Below, piece after piece: positions 34,025 through 35,865 of a DNA stretch of 35,865 bases (the stretch's first letter is position 1; each line of letters begins with the position of its first letter). A program made the translations under genes and the position numbers. Below the pieces are notes generated by a model. That model saw nothing but the letters and a program-made list of their open reading frames with translations, ran no database searches and had not been told where the DNA came from. Location of the stretch: the sequence record SRR9188677_180, one strand, 5' to 3'.

Positions 34025-34087
34025 TAAAGTTTTACGTTTTAAGTATTAAGTTTTACGTATAACGTACTACTTATAACTTATAACTTT
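34025..34087. repeat. nine-unit inverted heptamer array
   Basis: TAAAGTT TTACGTT TTAAGTA TTAAGTT TTACGTA | TAACGTA CTACTTA TAACTTA TAACTTT, abutting the rpoA stop codon. Confidence 0.8.
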
Positions 34088-35080
34088 TTACTCTTCGTCT
34101 AACTTAAATTTAGAAAGGTTCATTCCAAACGATAATTGTTTAGATTTTACCAATTCTTGAATTTCAGTTAAAGATTTTTTACCGAAGTTTCTGAATTTTA
34201 ACATATCAGCAACATCATAAGAAACTAAATCAGCCAAAGTACGGATATCAGCAGCTTTTAAGCAGTTTAATGCACGTACAGAAAGATCTAGATCTACTAA
34301 TTCGGTTTTTAAGATTTTACGCATGTGTAAAATTTCTTCATCAACTTCTTTAGTTTCTTCTTTAGCTTGAGATTCTAATACTAAATTCTCATCAGAGAAT
34401 AACATAAAGTGTTGGATCAAAATTTTAGCTGCTTCTTTTAAAGCCTCTTCTGGATGGATCGATCCATCAGTAGAGATATCTAAAATTAATTTCTCGTAAT
34501 CTGTTTTTTGTTCAACACGATAGTTTTCAATCGTGTATTTTACATTTTTCATTGGGGTAAAAATCGAATCGATTGCGATTACACCAACTACTGTATCAGT
34601 AATTTTGTTTTCTTCTGCAGGAACATAACCACGTCCTTTATTGATAGTTAATTCTACCTCTAAAGTAACTGATTTTTCCATGTTACAGATTACAAAATCA
34701 GGATTTAAAACTTCAAAATTGTTAGAGAATTTAGTAATATCTCCAGCCAAAAACTGATCTTGGCCATTAACAATGATGAATACTTTTTCTGAATCTCCAG
34801 AATCACCAACTTTCTTAAAACGAACTTGTTTTAAGTTTAAGATAATTTCTGTTAAATCTTCTACAACACCTTTCATGGTAGAAAACTCGTGAGAAACGCC
34901 TGAAAAACGAATACTAGTGATAGCAAAACCTTCTAAAGAAGAAAGTAAAATTCTTCTTAGGGCATTACCAATTGTTACACCGAAACCGGGCTCTAAAGGA
35001 CGAAATTCAAATTGACCATCGAAATCAGTTGATTTCTGCATGATTACCTTATCGGGTTTCTGAAATGCTAAAATTGCCAT
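34088..35080 (-). CDS. rpoA: DNA-directed RNA polymerase subunit alpha
   Basis: '[21 protein letters not shown]', 'HEFST..GVVED' and alpha-CTD '[10 protein letters not shown]...NFGKKSL.EI'. Confidence 0.99.
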   Translation of the reverse strand: MAILAFQKPDKVIMQKSTDFDGQFEFRPLEPGFGVTIGNALRRILLSSLEGFAITSIRFSGVSHEFSTMKGVVEDLTEIILNLKQVRFKKVGDSGDSEKVFIIVNGQDQFLAGDITKFSNNFEVLNPDFVICNMEKSVTLEVELTINKGRGYVPAEENKITDTVVGVIAIDSIFTPMKNVKYTIENYRVEQKTDYEKLILDISTDGSIHPEEALKEAAKILIQHFMLFSDENLVLESQAKEETKEVDEEILHMRKILKTELVDLDLSVRALNCLKAADIRTLADLVSYDVADMLKFRNFGKKSLTEIQELVKSKQLSFGMNLSKFKLDEE

Positions 35081-35119
35081 TTATAATGTTTTTAGATCGT
35101 TATTAATGTTGTGTAACGT

Positions 35120-35149
35120 AAAAAAGTTAAAGCCACAAGGGCTTTAACT
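35120..35149 (-). terminator. terminator-like hairpin between rpsD and rpoA
   Basis: The minus strand reads AGTTAAAGCC-CTTGT-GGCTTTAACT-TTTTT. Confidence 0.55.
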
Positions 35150-35156
35150 AAATCTA

Positions 35157-35765
35157 TTACTTAGAGTATAACTCTACTATAAGGTTCTCTTTAATGTTTT
35201 CTGGGATCTCATCACGTTGAGGATAAGCTAAAAACTTACCCGATAATTCGCTTGCATTCCAATCTAACCAATTAAATTTATTGATTGTTCTTCCTGCAAC
35301 AGAGTTTGTAATTGCTTCTAATGATTTAGATTTATCACGTACTGCAACCACATCACCAGCTCTTAATTGATATGATGGAATATTTACTACCTCACCGTTA
35401 ACAGTTACGTGTTTATGGCTAACCAATTGACGTGCACCTGAACGAGTTGGAGCAATACCTAGTCTGTATACTGTATTATCTAAGCGTGCTTCTAACAATT
35501 GTAATAAGTTATCACCAGTGATACCTTCACGAGATGAAGCTTTAGTAAACAAGTTACGGAATTGTTTTTCTAACACACCATAAGTGTATTTTACTTTTTG
35601 TTTTTCCATTAACTGTACTGCGTACTCAGATTGTTTTCCTCTTCTTTTTGAAGCGCCATGTTGGCCAGGAGGATAATTTTTTCTGTCTAATACTTTGTCA
35701 GGACCAAAAATTGGCTCTCTGAACTTACGGGCGATTTTGGACTTTGGTCCGGTATATCTTGCCAT
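35157..35765 (-). CDS. rpsD: 30S ribosomal protein S4
   Basis: 'MARYTGP', 'PGQHG', 'SEY..QL.EKQK', 'LEARLDN.VYRLG' and 'IVELYSK'. Confidence 0.99.
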   Translation of the reverse strand: MARYTGPKSKIARKFREPIFGPDKVLDRKNYPPGQHGASKRRGKQSEYAVQLMEKQKVKYTYGVLEKQFRNLFTKASSREGITGDNLLQLLEARLDNTVYRLGIAPTRSGARQLVSHKHVTVNGEVVNIPSYQLRAGDVVAVRDKSKSLEAITNSVAGRTINKFNWLDWNASELSGKFLAYPQRDEIPENIKENLIVELYSK

Positions 35766-35837
35766 GCTTTGTTGTTAATTTTAAAGTATCTTACAGCCTG
35801 TAACTGTAGACTCTTAGCTTTAAAAAATGATGATTAA

Positions 35838-35865
35838 TTAAACTCTTCTTTTCTTTGGAGGACGA
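35838..35865 (-). CDS. rpsK: 30S ribosomal protein S11, 3' end (partial)
   Basis: The minus strand encodes ...RPPKKRRV*, the S11 C-terminus, upstream of rpsD. Confidence 0.93.

Noticed and set aside
1-35865. prophage, IS element, integron, defence island, tRNA or rRNA
   Set aside because: I could not identify any integrase, transposase, phage structural, restriction/toxin or structural RNA signatures.

Overview
AT-rich bacterial chromosomal segment from the Bacteroidota, most likely Sphingobacteriaceae (Pedobacter-like). This is inferred from TAnnTTTG -7 promoter boxes, starts without Shine-Dalgarno motifs, the lpxK-PNP-porin cluster and the protein families present. It is mostly core genome: rlmH, cyclophilin, lpxK, PNP, pruA, SulP plus beta-carbonic anhydrase, acyl-CoA carboxylase beta, M42 peptidase, dnaK and the end of the alpha operon (rpsK-rpsD-rpoA-rplQ). 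It also holds an ECF sigma/anti-sigma/CpxP-like/di-heme peroxidase cassette and a sugar kinase/nucleotidyltransferase pair. I see no rRNA, tRNA, CRISPR array, transposase or prophage. The most interesting signals are non-coding or very small. (1) A two-hairpin RNA with mutually exclusive kissing-loop and pseudoknot pairings lies upstream of an orphan 96-aa gene. (2) A secreted-type leader ORF ending in ...TPPP lies upstream of SulP-carbonic anhydrase and is a candidate arrest peptide. (3) At least six 7-nt-periodic repeat arrays with different unit sequences occur, one of them in frame inside a methyltransferase gene. (4) There are two diverged, inverted copies of a ~115-150 bp intergenic element. 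(5) Sigma54-type promoters with CTG(A/C)CA upstream sites precede dnaK and an outer-membrane protein gene. (6) There is an unannotated 21-aa hydrophobic ORF. All family assignments come from motif recognition by eye; no database search was run.
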